DNA of 37,217 nt from positions 1 to 37,217 of the IMG/VR virus record IMGVR_UViG_3300017754_003015; one strand, written 5' to 3'. This document shows positions 14,575 through 23,780 of this stretch, one piece after another; position 1 is the stretch's first letter, and the number at the start of each line of letters is the position of its first letter. The notes below the pieces were generated by a model that saw only the letters and a program-made list of their open reading frames with translations, did not search any database and was not told the origin of the DNA. Source of the stretch: a virus (taxonomy: Duplodnaviria; Caudoviricetes). The translations under genes were made by a program, and so were the position numbers.

Positions 14575-16947
14575 CTATATACTTGTCATCCTACCGGCTT
14601 TTCTAAGCCATAGGGTCTGGGCATCTATTTGAACGCCCTTTGTTTGTTGTAAATTTGACATTTGTAAATTTGAAAATGTGTATTCAAGAGTAAGAAAGTT
14701 TGCTCTTGTAGCACAATAAACACGCTGCCAAAATTTACTTCCGTCTATTTGGCTTAAACCAGGTTTTGAAGTGGGAATTACAGAGTTAAAGAATGTGTCG
14801 GGTGTCTTAGTAAATGGGTTATTATTTATTGTATTTTCAGGGTATTTATTAGATACAGTGCTATCGTCATAATCTAGGTATACATTAAGTGATATTTCTC
14901 CGTTGGATGCTGCTAGCAAGATATCTAAGTAACCCATCTGAATGTTTTGTCCATCATCAATAAAGTTAAATTTCTTACTCTTTATGTAGAAATTTTCTCT
15001 TATTTTTATTAGTCCGCCACCTGTATATGTACCAGAAGGGGTAGCTATTACTTCAGTTTGAAAAGCATCTTCTGTAGAATCATATTCATATATTTCAAAA
15101 GTATTAGCTCCTGTAACCACTATTCCAAATACTGAATCATTTAAGCTTGAGAATGGTGAAGTTAGCGGTATAGATGTTATTTCTATTACAAAATTTGTCT
15201 TCATATTGTGGTTAGGAGAAGTGACTGTGACAGTAGACCCTTGAGTTAAATTAGAGATAAATAAGCTAACATCGTTAACTGATAATTGATCTAATATCTC
15301 TATAAACCCCTGCTGATTACCTCCAACAATAAATGGATCTGCTTTATCATCACTAGTCCACGAAAACAAACATTCTATCCACGGAATTGGGGTGTTTAGC
15401 CATGTTCTATTTGATTGAGCTTGATATGTACCAAGAGCTGTAAGTGAATCGTTAAATGTAGCCCATGAATCATTCTCATAGTTATATAAAAGCCTTATGT
15501 TAGGAAATATCCAAGAACCAGAATTTACTTCACCGTCATAGAAAGAAGTTAATGGAGTTGTCCAAAAGGCTAATCTGTTAATAAAATCTCTAACACCTTG
15601 CACACGCAATGGGCCATCATTTAATGAATTAAATTTGTAAACAAAATCAGGGATCTTTATATCAATCCTTTCAGATGTGTAACTATTGCATTCAACAAGC
15701 CCCTTATCACCTACACCCACTAAAGAAGTATCAAACTGGACAGAGGAAAAAGTACCTTCTGTACCCAATTCACTGTTAACTCTTTCAATTTGAAAAGGAG
15801 CAATAGAACGACCAGTATAACGTAACTGCCAAGTGCTACGCTCGCAGTAAATAACAAGGTTATCACGTACAAAACCAATAGAAACAATATCTTCGCTAGT
15901 TGGAATATCAAGAAAACCCCCTTGTCCCCTTACATCATCTCTCCATGAACCTGCCGTTGAATTTGTTCCATCGTAATGAATAAATGGGTTACCAATAGTA
16001 GACCATCTGATTCTATTTGAATATTGAAGTGATCCTGTTGCATTTGCTCCTTCCCAAGTATTAAATACAACCATTCTTCCACGAAATGGAAGCATACATA
16101 ACCAATTAGTTAGAAATTCTGTAGCATTTATTTGAGACCACGGTGAGTTAACTGTTGGTGTTGTATCATGATAAAAATCAACCCAAGACACACCGTCTGT
16201 AATCCTTGGCGGATCTGCTAATGAGCCAAAAGCCCCAGTATTATTTGTTACCCAAAAAAGCTTTCTGTTTGTTGTAGTAAATTCTGTTTTATAAGCAGGG
16301 GGAGCGGATGTTGTGGATATAATTTTAGAGCTTACCCAGTAATTAGTAGACCAGAAAAAATCTACTCCAGAAACGCTAGCAGCGCGTGCATTCCATGTAG
16401 TGCCAGGTATAAACTCTTCAAATTTATCGGTTACCGAATTAAATATATAAGCATAGTTTTGATCAAAAAATAGTGTCTGGTCATTAATGTCAGGAGAAAG
16501 CTCTCTTATGCGGATACCCATAACAGGAAGACCAGGATAATATTGAATATCTTTTAGAGGCTGTGATCCTGTAATAGTTAAAACGCCTGTTGTTCTGTCT
16601 AATACACCAAATGGCCCCAAGCCTGCTATATTCGTCAAAAGATTAACGGGGCTAGCTCCACCTGGATCTTGAAAGATATCGCTACCAATAACAAAATAAG
16701 CTATTCCTGGTTGAATTGGTAATGGTGTTATGTTGATAACTGCATTACCACCCGCATCAGTCGTTCCTATAGTTTTCTGTAATCTACCAAGTAACTCAAA
16801 ACCTTTTTTTCTTAAAATACGCTCACGCCACACATAAGCATTCTGTAAAACAGGATAGGCGTCATTAGGTAGCAGGAAGTTTTCACGCTCCTGAATCAAA
16901 CCTTCGTGATAACCTGTGATCTTGAGTGGCTGATATCCTGTTGCCAT
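14575..16947 (-). CDS. Tail tubular protein B / nozzle (podovirus)
   Basis: 790 aa, beta-propeller-like (FRGRMVVF, RIRWSTIG, RDNLVIYCERSTWQL, LLYNYENDSWATF); follows the adaptor gene. Confidence 0.75.
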   Translation of the reverse strand: MATGYQPLKITGYHEGLIQERENFLLPNDAYPVLQNAYVWRERILRKKGFELLGRLQKTIGTTDAGGNAVINITPLPIQPGIAYFVIGSDIFQDPGGASPVNLLTNIAGLGPFGVLDRTTGVLTITGSQPLKDIQYYPGLPVMGIRIRELSPDINDQTLFFDQNYAYIFNSVTDKFEEFIPGTTWNARAASVSGVDFFWSTNYWVSSKIISTTSAPPAYKTEFTTTNRKLFWVTNNTGAFGSLADPPRITDGVSWVDFYHDTTPTVNSPWSQINATEFLTNWLCMLPFRGRMVVFNTWEGANATGSLQYSNRIRWSTIGNPFIHYDGTNSTAGSWRDDVRGQGGFLDIPTSEDIVSIGFVRDNLVIYCERSTWQLRYTGRSIAPFQIERVNSELGTEGTFSSVQFDTSLVGVGDKGLVECNSYTSERIDIKIPDFVYKFNSLNDGPLRVQGVRDFINRLAFWTTPLTSFYDGEVNSGSWIFPNIRLLYNYENDSWATFNDSLTALGTYQAQSNRTWLNTPIPWIECLFSWTSDDKADPFIVGGNQQGFIEILDQLSVNDVSLFISNLTQGSTVTVTSPNHNMKTNFVIEITSIPLTSPFSSLNDSVFGIVVTGANTFEIYEYDSTEDAFQTEVIATPSGTYTGGGLIKIRENFYIKSKKFNFIDDGQNIQMGYLDILLAASNGEISLNVYLDYDDSTVSNKYPENTINNNPFTKTPDTFFNSVIPTSKPGLSQIDGSKFWQRVYCATRANFLTLEYTFSNLQMSNLQQTKGVQIDAQTLWLRKAGRMTSI

Positions 16948-18134
16948 TAAAACCCTGCTCCTATTCCTAATGCTCCACCAACTCCGTATCCTGTTTGAGT
17001 GGTGTTAAATAGAGTAGTGTTTGGCATGCCAATCTCCTCAATAGATTGCCTCTCTAGCACAAGAGCTTCCTGTCGCATAAAGCCTTCGTTTAAATTCTGC
17101 ACCCCCTCCATGTCTTGCCTTTCACGCAATATTTCCATGGCTGCTCCATAGGAAATATAATTACTCCACATATTAAGTATTGGGCTTTCATTTTGATCCA
17201 TAAATTGAGAAGGCGTTTGGAATGCCTCTATTTCCACTAAATACACGTTATCGGGAACTGGCCTTATAGTTATCTCGTTATTCCAAAATAGGGCATTGTA
17301 TGGCCTTCCTACGTTATACGTTGCAGCCCACACGTTAATCATAGTTCCATCTGCTGGAGCTACAGGAAAATTAACGGTGATAGAAGTGGTCACATAATTA
17401 ACGGTTCCGCAATATTGGTTAGTTAATGGTGAAGGCGGATAAGCTGTATAATTAGGGGGTGTTGGATTTGAATTGGCATTGTTTTGTCCGCCGAGAGGTG
17501 ACAGCTGAGGGATGGCTGGTTTTTGAGTATTTGTGTTATCTAGATATACATTATTTCCCACGGTGTTTTGTTGTACGAATAACAATCTACCCGTAGTCGT
17601 ATTGCTTCCTATACCATAACCATTAACAATAGCTCCGCCATCATCAATAATACGAATAGGATTACCATTAACGTCAACACCTCCGATGACAAGCTGGGTG
17701 CTAAGTATACCAAAATTAGGCTGTGGGAAAGGATTTTGGTTATTACCAAATAAAGTAAAAGTGAACGAAGTTGTGACACCATCTCCCCCCACAGGCTGAA
17801 ATTGTGTTGGATAACGTGGGTATAAGTTAAATAATTGATCCCTATTCTTAAAAAAGTTACCCTGTATGCCTTCAAAGTAAACAGGGGCACGGAACCCTTG
17901 ATAACCATTAACATCTACAGGGTATCTATCAACATTAGGGATAGTTAAAAACTTGTACACAGACCGTTGTTGGTCTATTTTAATAGCGTATGGAAAATCC
18001 TGCGAATAAAATCGGTTGACCGCGTCAGCGATGTCCGCACTTGATAGAGCAGATTCACTAGCGGACGCAGTTAAGCGTCTCACTTTCTTCTCTATAAATG
18101 TGTAAGTCGATGTAGCTTGAGGGACAGCAACCAT
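16947..18134 (-). CDS. Tail tubular protein A / head-tail adaptor
   Basis: N-terminal KVRRLT...IADAVN and C-terminal IRPVPD..Y.VEI...YISYGAA adaptor motifs with a central insertion. Confidence 0.7.
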   Translation of the reverse strand: MVAVPQATSTYTFIEKKVRRLTASASESALSSADIADAVNRFYSQDFPYAIKIDQQRSVYKFLTIPNVDRYPVDVNGYQGFRAPVYFEGIQGNFFKNRDQLFNLYPRYPTQFQPVGGDGVTTSFTFTLFGNNQNPFPQPNFGILSTQLVIGGVDVNGNPIRIIDDGGAIVNGYGIGSNTTTGRLLFVQQNTVGNNVYLDNTNTQKPAIPQLSPLGGQNNANSNPTPPNYTAYPPSPLTNQYCGTVNYVTTSITVNFPVAPADGTMINVWAATYNVGRPYNALFWNNEITIRPVPDNVYLVEIEAFQTPSQFMDQNESPILNMWSNYISYGAAMEILRERQDMEGVQNLNEGFMRQEALVLERQSIEEIGMPNTTLFNTTQTGYGVGGALGIGAGF

Positions 18135-18147
18135 TTTATACCTCTAG

Positions 18148-18573
18148 TTAAAAACCAACAGCAACAAATTTATGAAGATATTCCCCATCCTCATCTCTAT
18201 CAAGTGGCTCTCCCTTTTGATCTAAGGCAGTATCACCACTAACAAGCCCACTTCTCTTCTTCATAATTTTACTTTTATCATTCACTTCGTTTACCAATCC
18301 GAGAGGTACTTCATAAACTTTGCCCGGAATGAAATGCCAAATTTGAATAGGGTCACCAGCATATTTACAATAGGGTTTAGTAAGTCTTTCATGTCTCCCT
18401 CTTGAATTTAAGTACTCTGCTTTAACAATGCGTGAATCTTCTTTTTTTTCTGCTTCTAATTTCTTTTTATGCGCTGGTGTCATGCTTTTAAAATCATCAA
18501 AGGGAACGCTATTTGTAAGAGTGTTAATAAGGCCGTGCATCTCGCCTGATGCTGTTGCTAATGTTAATTGCAT
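18148..18573 (-). CDS. Hypothetical phage protein
   Basis: 141 aa; PGKVYEVPLGLV motif; between head and tail genes. Confidence 0.65.
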   Translation of the reverse strand: MQLTLATASGEMHGLINTLTNSVPFDDFKSMTPAHKKKLEAEKKEDSRIVKAEYLNSRGRHERLTKPYCKYAGDPIQIWHFIPGKVYEVPLGLVNEVNDKSKIMKKRSGLVSGDTALDQKGEPLDRDEDGEYLHKFVAVGF

Positions 18574-18583
18574 ATTTAATCTC

Positions 18584-18967
18584 CTAGTTATTAATGTTGT
18601 TTAGGCTCTGAAAAGGAACTTGCCGTGATGTATTGTTAAATTCCAAATTTCTAGATCCAGCAGGTGATAAGCTTGCTGGTGTTACACTTGTAGCTGAGCC
18701 ATCTACAAATGCGTCGAAATAATTAGAATCAATGTCTAATTGCATAGTTGTTGAATCTACAGCCAGTATCTGTCCTACCAATCCATTAGCTTGATACATG
18801 CCCCATGTTCTAGGAACTGTTAACCGTACTAGCTGGTTTACTTTATAGGTATTTGAGCCAGTGGAGGGAACGGTAAACGTAACTATCATGGGATAGGAGC
18901 GCGTTATACCCGTAATAAGTAACATGCTCGGTATCTGTATTGTGCCTTTAAGGTATTGGTTAGGCAT
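18584..18967 (-). CDS. Virion protein with one FCCH-like beta-barrel
   Basis: ITGITRSYPMIVT...VRLTVPRTWGMYQANGL...LDIDS aligns with the second repeat of 19225..20226. Confidence 0.65.
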   Translation of the reverse strand: MPNQYLKGTIQIPSMLLITGITRSYPMIVTFTVPSTGSNTYKVNQLVRLTVPRTWGMYQANGLVGQILAVDSTTMQLDIDSNYFDAFVDGSATSVTPASLSPAGSRNLEFNNTSRQVPFQSLNNINN

Positions 18968-18972
18968 AATTA

Positions 18973-19161
18973 CTATTTTAATCTAATAATTTTAGGTAGA
19001 TTTTTATGTCCTTTTTCAGGTTTACCCTTATTTCTAGACATTTGCTTCATCGACTGTTCCCCTTGTTTTAGCTTTTTCAAATCTTTTTTTGTGGGTTTAT
19101 CCATCACATAACCATGAACTCTTATTGTTCCAGGTTCTAACTTCTTTTTTTCTTTTTTCAT
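18973..19161 (-). CDS. Small Lys-rich basic protein
   Basis: 62 aa; AAGGA RBS. Confidence 0.6.
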   Translation of the reverse strand: MKKEKKKLEPGTIRVHGYVMDKPTKKDLKKLKQGEQSMKQMSRNKGKPEKGHKNLPKIIRLK

Positions 19162-19172
19162 ATTTATCCTTT

Positions 19173-19209
19173 AAAAGAGACCATATTCCCAGTGTCGGCA
19201 ATATGGTCT
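19173..19209 (-). terminator. Terminator/attenuator after the capsid and decoration genes
   Basis: AGACCATATT (19178-19187) / AATATGGTCT (19200-19209) perfect 10-bp stem, then CUUUU on the minus strand. Confidence 0.65.
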
Positions 19210-19224
19210 ACAAGTTACTTACGA

Positions 19225-20226
19225 TCAGTTCTCTAGCTTATATGCTAACCAATTTATAATATCGCTAGCCGCGCCTGCCGGAGCTTGGGCACCACCCCCG
19301 AGATACATATATGGAGTGAATTCACCGCTTCTAAAACTTTGGTATTGAAAGTTATACCCAGTTTGAACACCTGTAACAGGGTCATATTGAGTAGAAGCAC
19401 CAGCTGGAGCCAATGTAGCAAATAAAGCAGCTGTTGGAGATGCTGTAGATGCTGGGAAAGCAAAAGTATTGAATGCTGAAGAATTAATATCTACAGTCAT
19501 TGTATAATTTGCTGCTGACATAGCTACAATTGTTCCTGTTAGCTGATCCATTTGGTACATTCCAAAAGAATAAGGAACACTAAAATGAATCTTCATACCC
19601 ACAACATAATATTGAGTTGGATCAACTGATGTTCTAACAACTGCCTGAGTTGCTTTTGTAATCTCAGTGATATACAAGAACTGTGGATCTACAGCTGCGT
19701 ATTTTGAAATACGTCTTGTGTAACCAGCAGTTGCCGCAGCTGCAAACCCTGCCGCACGTAGACCGATTAGAGTGTAATCGTTAGCGTTAACAGTAGATAT
19801 TTGAAAGCTCATACCAGCAATTTGTAACATGCCAGTTGTGCTATACAATTGGAGAATGTCTCCAGCTGAATAACCGTGACCTGTTTGAGATACAACCGCT
19901 GGGCTAGCTGCTGTAATAGCTGTAATAGCTGCTGCATTCTGAGCCTCTACAACGGGAGCAACGTTTACATAAGTAAAGCCACCGCTTGAATAGGTGCTTG
20001 TTAAATCAGAAGTTGTTTTAACTGTTTTAATACCACCGCCAGCAGCAGATGCTCCTGCTCCAAACTTGGAACCAAACCACTTACTTTTGGTAACTGTGTT
20101 TGGGTTGGTAGCCGCTATCTGTGTCATATTATACACTTCCATGTAATCCGCAGAAGATGGAATAGGTATCTTAATACCTGCACCTGTAGAGGTGAAGGAA
20201 TCGCCTGTAATAATAGTAAAAGCCAT
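19225..20226 (-). CDS. Head decoration-like protein with two FCCH-like domains
   Basis: ITAITAASPAVVSQTGHGYSAGD...GMLQIAG and ITEITKATQAVV...GMYQMDQ repeats; directly after the capsid gene. Confidence 0.7.
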   Translation of the reverse strand: MAFTIITGDSFTSTGAGIKIPIPSSADYMEVYNMTQIAATNPNTVTKSKWFGSKFGAGASAAGGGIKTVKTTSDLTSTYSSGGFTYVNVAPVVEAQNAAAITAITAASPAVVSQTGHGYSAGDILQLYSTTGMLQIAGMSFQISTVNANDYTLIGLRAAGFAAAATAGYTRRISKYAAVDPQFLYITEITKATQAVVRTSVDPTQYYVVGMKIHFSVPYSFGMYQMDQLTGTIVAMSAANYTMTVDINSSAFNTFAFPASTASPTAALFATLAPAGASTQYDPVTGVQTGYNFQYQSFRSGEFTPYMYLGGGAQAPAGAASDIINWLAYKLEN

Positions 20227-20239
20227 ATACTAGCCTCCC

Positions 20240-21202
20240 TTATGAAGGTAGATAAGTGGTCACGTTAAGACCGCTAATCCAGTTCTGATTAGTAATCGCG
20301 CGAGCGATAGCGAATTTCGCATACAATTGGCTGTTTTGAGCCACAGAAGATACAACCCACGGTGGACGGTAACCAATGACAGCTGTGTAATTGTTTTGTT
20401 CAATTTTGGCAGCTGCTTCTAGTCCGTACATTGGTATTGTATAAACTGTATTACCTCTCATAGAGATACCAGGAATTTTTGCTCCTTTAGAGGAAACAAA
20501 GAAACGGAATCGGCTAATAGAGCAATACTCTTCTGGACGCAATCCTTCTTGTGTTGGGTAAGCAGATTTAAGCAATACACCTTGTACTTTCTGTAAGTCA
20601 GAAGATAAGTTAGTGTTTGCTAACGCAATGAATGCATCTCTAACACCAGCTGTACCGATTTCACGTGTAGCTTCTAGATTAGTTAGCATTGAACGAGCGT
20701 CGTTACCAAGTAGAATGTTTTCTACGTTGTTAACGTCGTTAAGAGATAGGTTAGATGGCTGATCACCATTCAAACCGCCTGTTGCGTTGATATAGGAAAC
20801 ACTAGAAGCAAACAAGTCTCTCATCAAGAGATCTTCTTTCTCACGTAACCACTGTCCTAGCAATGCTGTGAACTTGGTTAGAGTCTTGCTATTCTCATAC
20901 AATATTACCTGTTCATTGGTCACGATAGACTTGGCGTATATCTCCATAGTCGCATCGATATCTGTACGAACTGGCACTTCAGAAGCAGGGTCAATACCTG
21001 AGCCATCAAGCTGTCCACCATCTGTTGATAGACGCTCAAAACGGCTCATACGTGTTGTTTTACCGACATAACTTTCGGCATGGTGAAGATCAACTCCAAT
21101 GGAGTGGATCAAGTTGAACATAGGTGTTGACAATAGGTCTTCTGCTGCCTGTAAAGGAAGCTCAGGAGACATATTGTTGATATTGGTAATACCAGTAGCC
21201 AT
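20240..21202 (-). CDS. Major capsid protein (N4-gp56-like, HK97 fold)
   Basis: 320 aa after the scaffold; GKTTRMSRFERL, EGLRPEEYCSISRFRFFVSS, AITNQNWI patterns. Confidence 0.8.
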   Translation of the reverse strand: MATGITNINNMSPELPLQAAEDLLSTPMFNLIHSIGVDLHHAESYVGKTTRMSRFERLSTDGGQLDGSGIDPASEVPVRTDIDATMEIYAKSIVTNEQVILYENSKTLTKFTALLGQWLREKEDLLMRDLFASSVSYINATGGLNGDQPSNLSLNDVNNVENILLGNDARSMLTNLEATREIGTAGVRDAFIALANTNLSSDLQKVQGVLLKSAYPTQEGLRPEEYCSISRFRFFVSSKGAKIPGISMRGNTVYTIPMYGLEAAAKIEQNNYTAVIGYRPPWVVSSVAQNSQLYAKFAIARAITNQNWISGLNVTTYLPS

Positions 21203-21229
21203 TATAGCCTCGCGTGGTAAGGTGTTTCC

Positions 21230-21303
21230 TTGAGTGACGAACTCAAAAAATCAGTCTTACGCGGGCGAGGCGTATGTACAGCCATGAGACTAGCGGATGT
21301 CTC
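21230..21303 (-). ncRNA. Structured 5' leader of the capsid gene (three hairpins)
   Basis: GAGAC-AUCCGCUA-GUCUC, linker AUGGCUGUACA, UACGC-CUCGCCC-GCGUA, UUGAGU-UCGUC-ACUCAA. Confidence 0.65.
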
Positions 21304-21338
21304 TAGATATACACGCTATATGTAATGTATCAAGTTAA

Positions 21339-21494
21339 TTATTTATTATCAATTTCTTCTGGGATAAATCTGTCTAAAAAAGAAGCAATAACACCCAAAT
21401 AATACATTGCGCGTTTTATATCATCATCTTCCCCTATGTATCTAGCTATATCTGTTACCCTAGTTCTAACATATTCAATATCTTTTATTTTCAT
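21339..21494 (-). CDS. Hypothetical 51-aa protein
   Basis: Start MKIKDIEY overlaps the scaffold stop (TGATG). Confidence 0.5.
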   Translation of the reverse strand: MKIKDIEYVRTRVTDIARYIGEDDDIKRAMYYLGVIASFLDRFIPEEIDNK

Positions 21495-22261
21495 CAACTT
21501 AACCCCTTGAGGCTTTTTTGCATTCGGCTCCAATTCTCTGCCCTTCTCTCTGCTGTTAACCTTGCACTACTTACACTTTCACCGCTTGGTGTCATGGTAG
21601 AGCCAGACATAGACTTTGGTTTATTTTGATTAATTTCAGCCCTTTGAGCTTCTTTTTTTGCTGTTGTTGAGTTTGGAACAAATTTCTTAATAGCGTGATA
21701 AACATCTGACCATGTATCGAATCCCTCACCTAACCTTTTTAATGGCCTTACTATCTCTGGGTAATGGTATTCAAGATAATCAAAGTTTTCATCTGTTACT
21801 ATCTTTTCAAAATCGGGGTATGTTTGGTTTAACCGTTGGGGATATTCCCTTTGTTCCTTTTCTCTTCTTTCTTTTTCAATAGCTGCTTCACGTGCTGCTA
21901 ATGCAGCATTCACTTTCTTCTCTATTCGTTGCTCTTCTGTCTCTTCATACTGAAATGCACTATTATCTACTAAATTAGTAGATCCTCCTAGGTAATTATT
22001 GGGCTGCTTACTAAACGCCGCTTCCATTGCAGCTCTTAAAGCGGCTGCCTCAGCTTCTTTCTCTTCTGCTCTTTTTTCAGCTAATCTCTTTTCCTCTCTG
22101 GTTTTTTTCATTTGCTCACGGTAAGCTTTCCAGTTTGGGTTTTCTGGTTGCGCTTCTTCTTGTTGAATCAAACTTGCATCAACTTTTTGTTGATCCGTAT
22201 TTGTGTCAACTTTTTCTTGAATTACTTCAATTTGTGGTATATTTTCAGGTGTATTATTCAC
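21494..22261 (-). CDS. Capsid scaffolding protein
   Basis: Acidic N-terminus, long coiled coil, YPDFEKIV motif; upstream of the capsid gene; GTG start with AAGGGG RBS. Confidence 0.75.
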   Translation of the reverse strand: MNNTPENIPQIEVIQEKVDTNTDQQKVDASLIQQEEAQPENPNWKAYREQMKKTREEKRLAEKRAEEKEAEAAALRAAMEAAFSKQPNNYLGGSTNLVDNSAFQYEETEEQRIEKKVNAALAAREAAIEKERREKEQREYPQRLNQTYPDFEKIVTDENFDYLEYHYPEIVRPLKRLGEGFDTWSDVYHAIKKFVPNSTTAKKEAQRAEINQNKPKSMSGSTMTPSGESVSSARLTAERRAENWSRMQKSLKGLS

Positions 22262-22273
22262 GGAGACCCCTTT

Positions 22274-22567
22274 ATGGTTGATAATTTAGACGAAATGAAA
22301 TTGGAACATGATTTAAAAATGCAACAAGTGAAAGAAGAGGTGTTAAGAAAGTTAACAGAATATAGAAAAACAATGTCATATTTATATGCGGACGCTCCCA
22401 TTACTGTGCTTTGTCTTCCTCCTGTTATACAAAAATCACTACTCGACCATGGCTGCTTGCGTGTCTACGACCTCTTTGATCTCGATTTTACTAAAGTCAA
22501 AGGACTCGGCGATTCTCGTATCAGGCAACTTACATCCTGCCTTGATCAGTTCCTCTCTATGCTTTGA
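22274..22567 (+). CDS. RNA polymerase alpha-CTD-like (HhH) protein, antisense to the late operon
   Basis: GGAG RBS at 22262; PITVLCLPPVIQKSLLDHGCLRVYDL...FTKVKGLGDSRIRQLTSCL follows the alpha-CTD helix/HhH pattern. Confidence 0.65.
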   Translation: MVDNLDEMKLEHDLKMQQVKEEVLRKLTEYRKTMSYLYADAPITVLCLPPVIQKSLLDHGCLRVYDLFDLDFTKVKGLGDSRIRQLTSCLDQFLSML

Positions 22568-23050
22568 TATGTATTCTCTCTCGGATAGCATGTCTATGTT
22601 TTGATCGTGTCTTATGTAATCCCAGAATGTGCCGTTATGAAATGCGATACTCCACGCTTGCATAGTCTCATATTCTTTGGGGACTACAGGCTTCTCACAT
22701 AGCTCAGCCATTGTGAATGCGTTAGGCAACACCCATAAGCGCTTAGTTATCTTGTCTAGTGGCTTGTTATAAAGGAACACAGCTTGATTTGGTCGTGGGG
22801 ATGGTAAGTATGGCCAAGCGTAATACTTTATACGCTTTAATCCATGAATGAGGTTGTCTGTAGCGATTATACGAACAATACAAAACTCATCTTCCATGAT
22901 GATATTCTTGTGTTTCTCTATGCAGTCACGTAATTGCTTATCTATGTCATGGCACATAGCTTCACCCACTTCACGTGCTAAATACTTTGTGTTGTCTTGC
23001 CTAGCTTTCTTAGCTAATACGCTAGCTGCAATGGGATGTTTAGTTATCAA
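22439..23050 (-). CDS. Hypothetical phage protein in the head module
   Basis: 203 aa; GGAG RBS; YLPSPRPNQAVFLYNK...LWVLP motif. Confidence 0.75.
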   Translation of the reverse strand: MITKHPIAASVLAKKARQDNTKYLAREVGEAMCHDIDKQLRDCIEKHKNIIMEDEFCIVRIIATDNLIHGLKRIKYYAWPYLPSPRPNQAVFLYNKPLDKITKRLWVLPNAFTMAELCEKPVVPKEYETMQAWSIAFHNGTFWDYIRHDQNIDMLSEREYISKHREELIKAGCKLPDTRIAESFDFSKIEIKEVVDTQAAMVE

Positions 23051-23062
23051 CTTTATCTCTCC

Positions 23063-23275
23063 TTACCCTATTTGTATATTTAAATTTCTCCAAAGTAATT
23101 TAATTCCTACCATTCCAGATTTGTTTATATTATCCACTGATTTATCTAGATTTTTACTATCTTCAGAACCATAAAAAACTTTTTTTACTGTTTGCGGTTC
23201 GTCTTTTTTCATTATCTCGATAATGGTATTCCATTTCGGGAGAGTTTCACTACTAAACTGTATCCATTCATTCAT
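23063..23275 (-). CDS. Hypothetical protein (DUF551-like N-terminus)
   Basis: MNEWIQFSSETLP start. Confidence 0.5.
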   Translation of the reverse strand: MNEWIQFSSETLPKWNTIIEIMKKDEPQTVKKVFYGSEDSKNLDKSVDNINKSGMVGIKLLWRNLNIQIG

Positions 23276-23296
23276 TCTGACTCATATTTCCTTTTT

Positions 23297-23494
23297 TCAA
23301 TGATCACACTCTTTTTCATAACATTTTTGTATTAATAATGAGTCTAATTCTTTTTTAACTCTATAAATCCCATCCATACACTTAAATTCTATAAGATCAT
23401 CAAAAATACCTACTTCAATTATTTCAGAAGGTAACTCAAAACAACCAAAGCTACTATTGAACCTTTTACCCATAGTTAATATTTTCTCACTCAA
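23297..23494 (-). CDS. Hypothetical protein
   Basis: 65 aa; start overlaps the upstream stop. Confidence 0.5.
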   Translation of the reverse strand: MSEKILTMGKRFNSSFGCFELPSEIIEVGIFDDLIEFKCMDGIYRVKKELDSLLIQKCYEKECDH

Positions 23495-23703
23495 TGGTCA
23501 CACTCGTTAGTTTTAACATGTGTACATGGTCTTTTACGTGGCCCCATTGGGTTAAATGCGTCACGTGGATTAGGAGCGCCATCTGGTGTTAGATTCATGT
23601 TAATCTCCCACTGCTCATTAGGTACAGCTCTACCGCTACCGTGTTTGATAACGTCTGCTGTCCTGTTCTTTAGGTAATCAGGTGCATGGTGTACTTTTTT
23701 CAT
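23491..23703 (-). CDS. Hypothetical protein
   Basis: 70 aa; AGGA RBS. Confidence 0.65.
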   Translation of the reverse strand: MKKVHHAPDYLKNRTADVIKHGSGRAVPNEQWEINMNLTPDGAPNPRDAFNPMGPRKRPCTHVKTNECDH

Positions 23704-23720
23704 ATATATCCTAAATTAAA

Positions 23721-23774
23721 GGGTTAGACCATCCGCCTGACTTTCGTCATTTACGTCAATTCGCAACCTAACCC
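23721..23774 (-). ncRNA. Stem-enclosed multi-motif RNA element
   Basis: GGGUUAG/CUAACCC stem extendable by G-U pairs on the minus strand; encloses GCGAA, ACGUA, ACGAA, GCGGA and a UGAC-GAAA-GUCA tetraloop hairpin. Confidence 0.55.
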
Positions 23775-23780
23775 GTATTT

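Noticed and set aside
22112-22273. N-terminal extension of the alpha-CTD-like ORF
   Set aside because: It overlaps the scaffold gene antisense; the RBS supports ATG 22274.
23721-23774. Hammerhead ribozyme
   Set aside because: GAAA is present but the CUGANGA core and three-stem junction are not.
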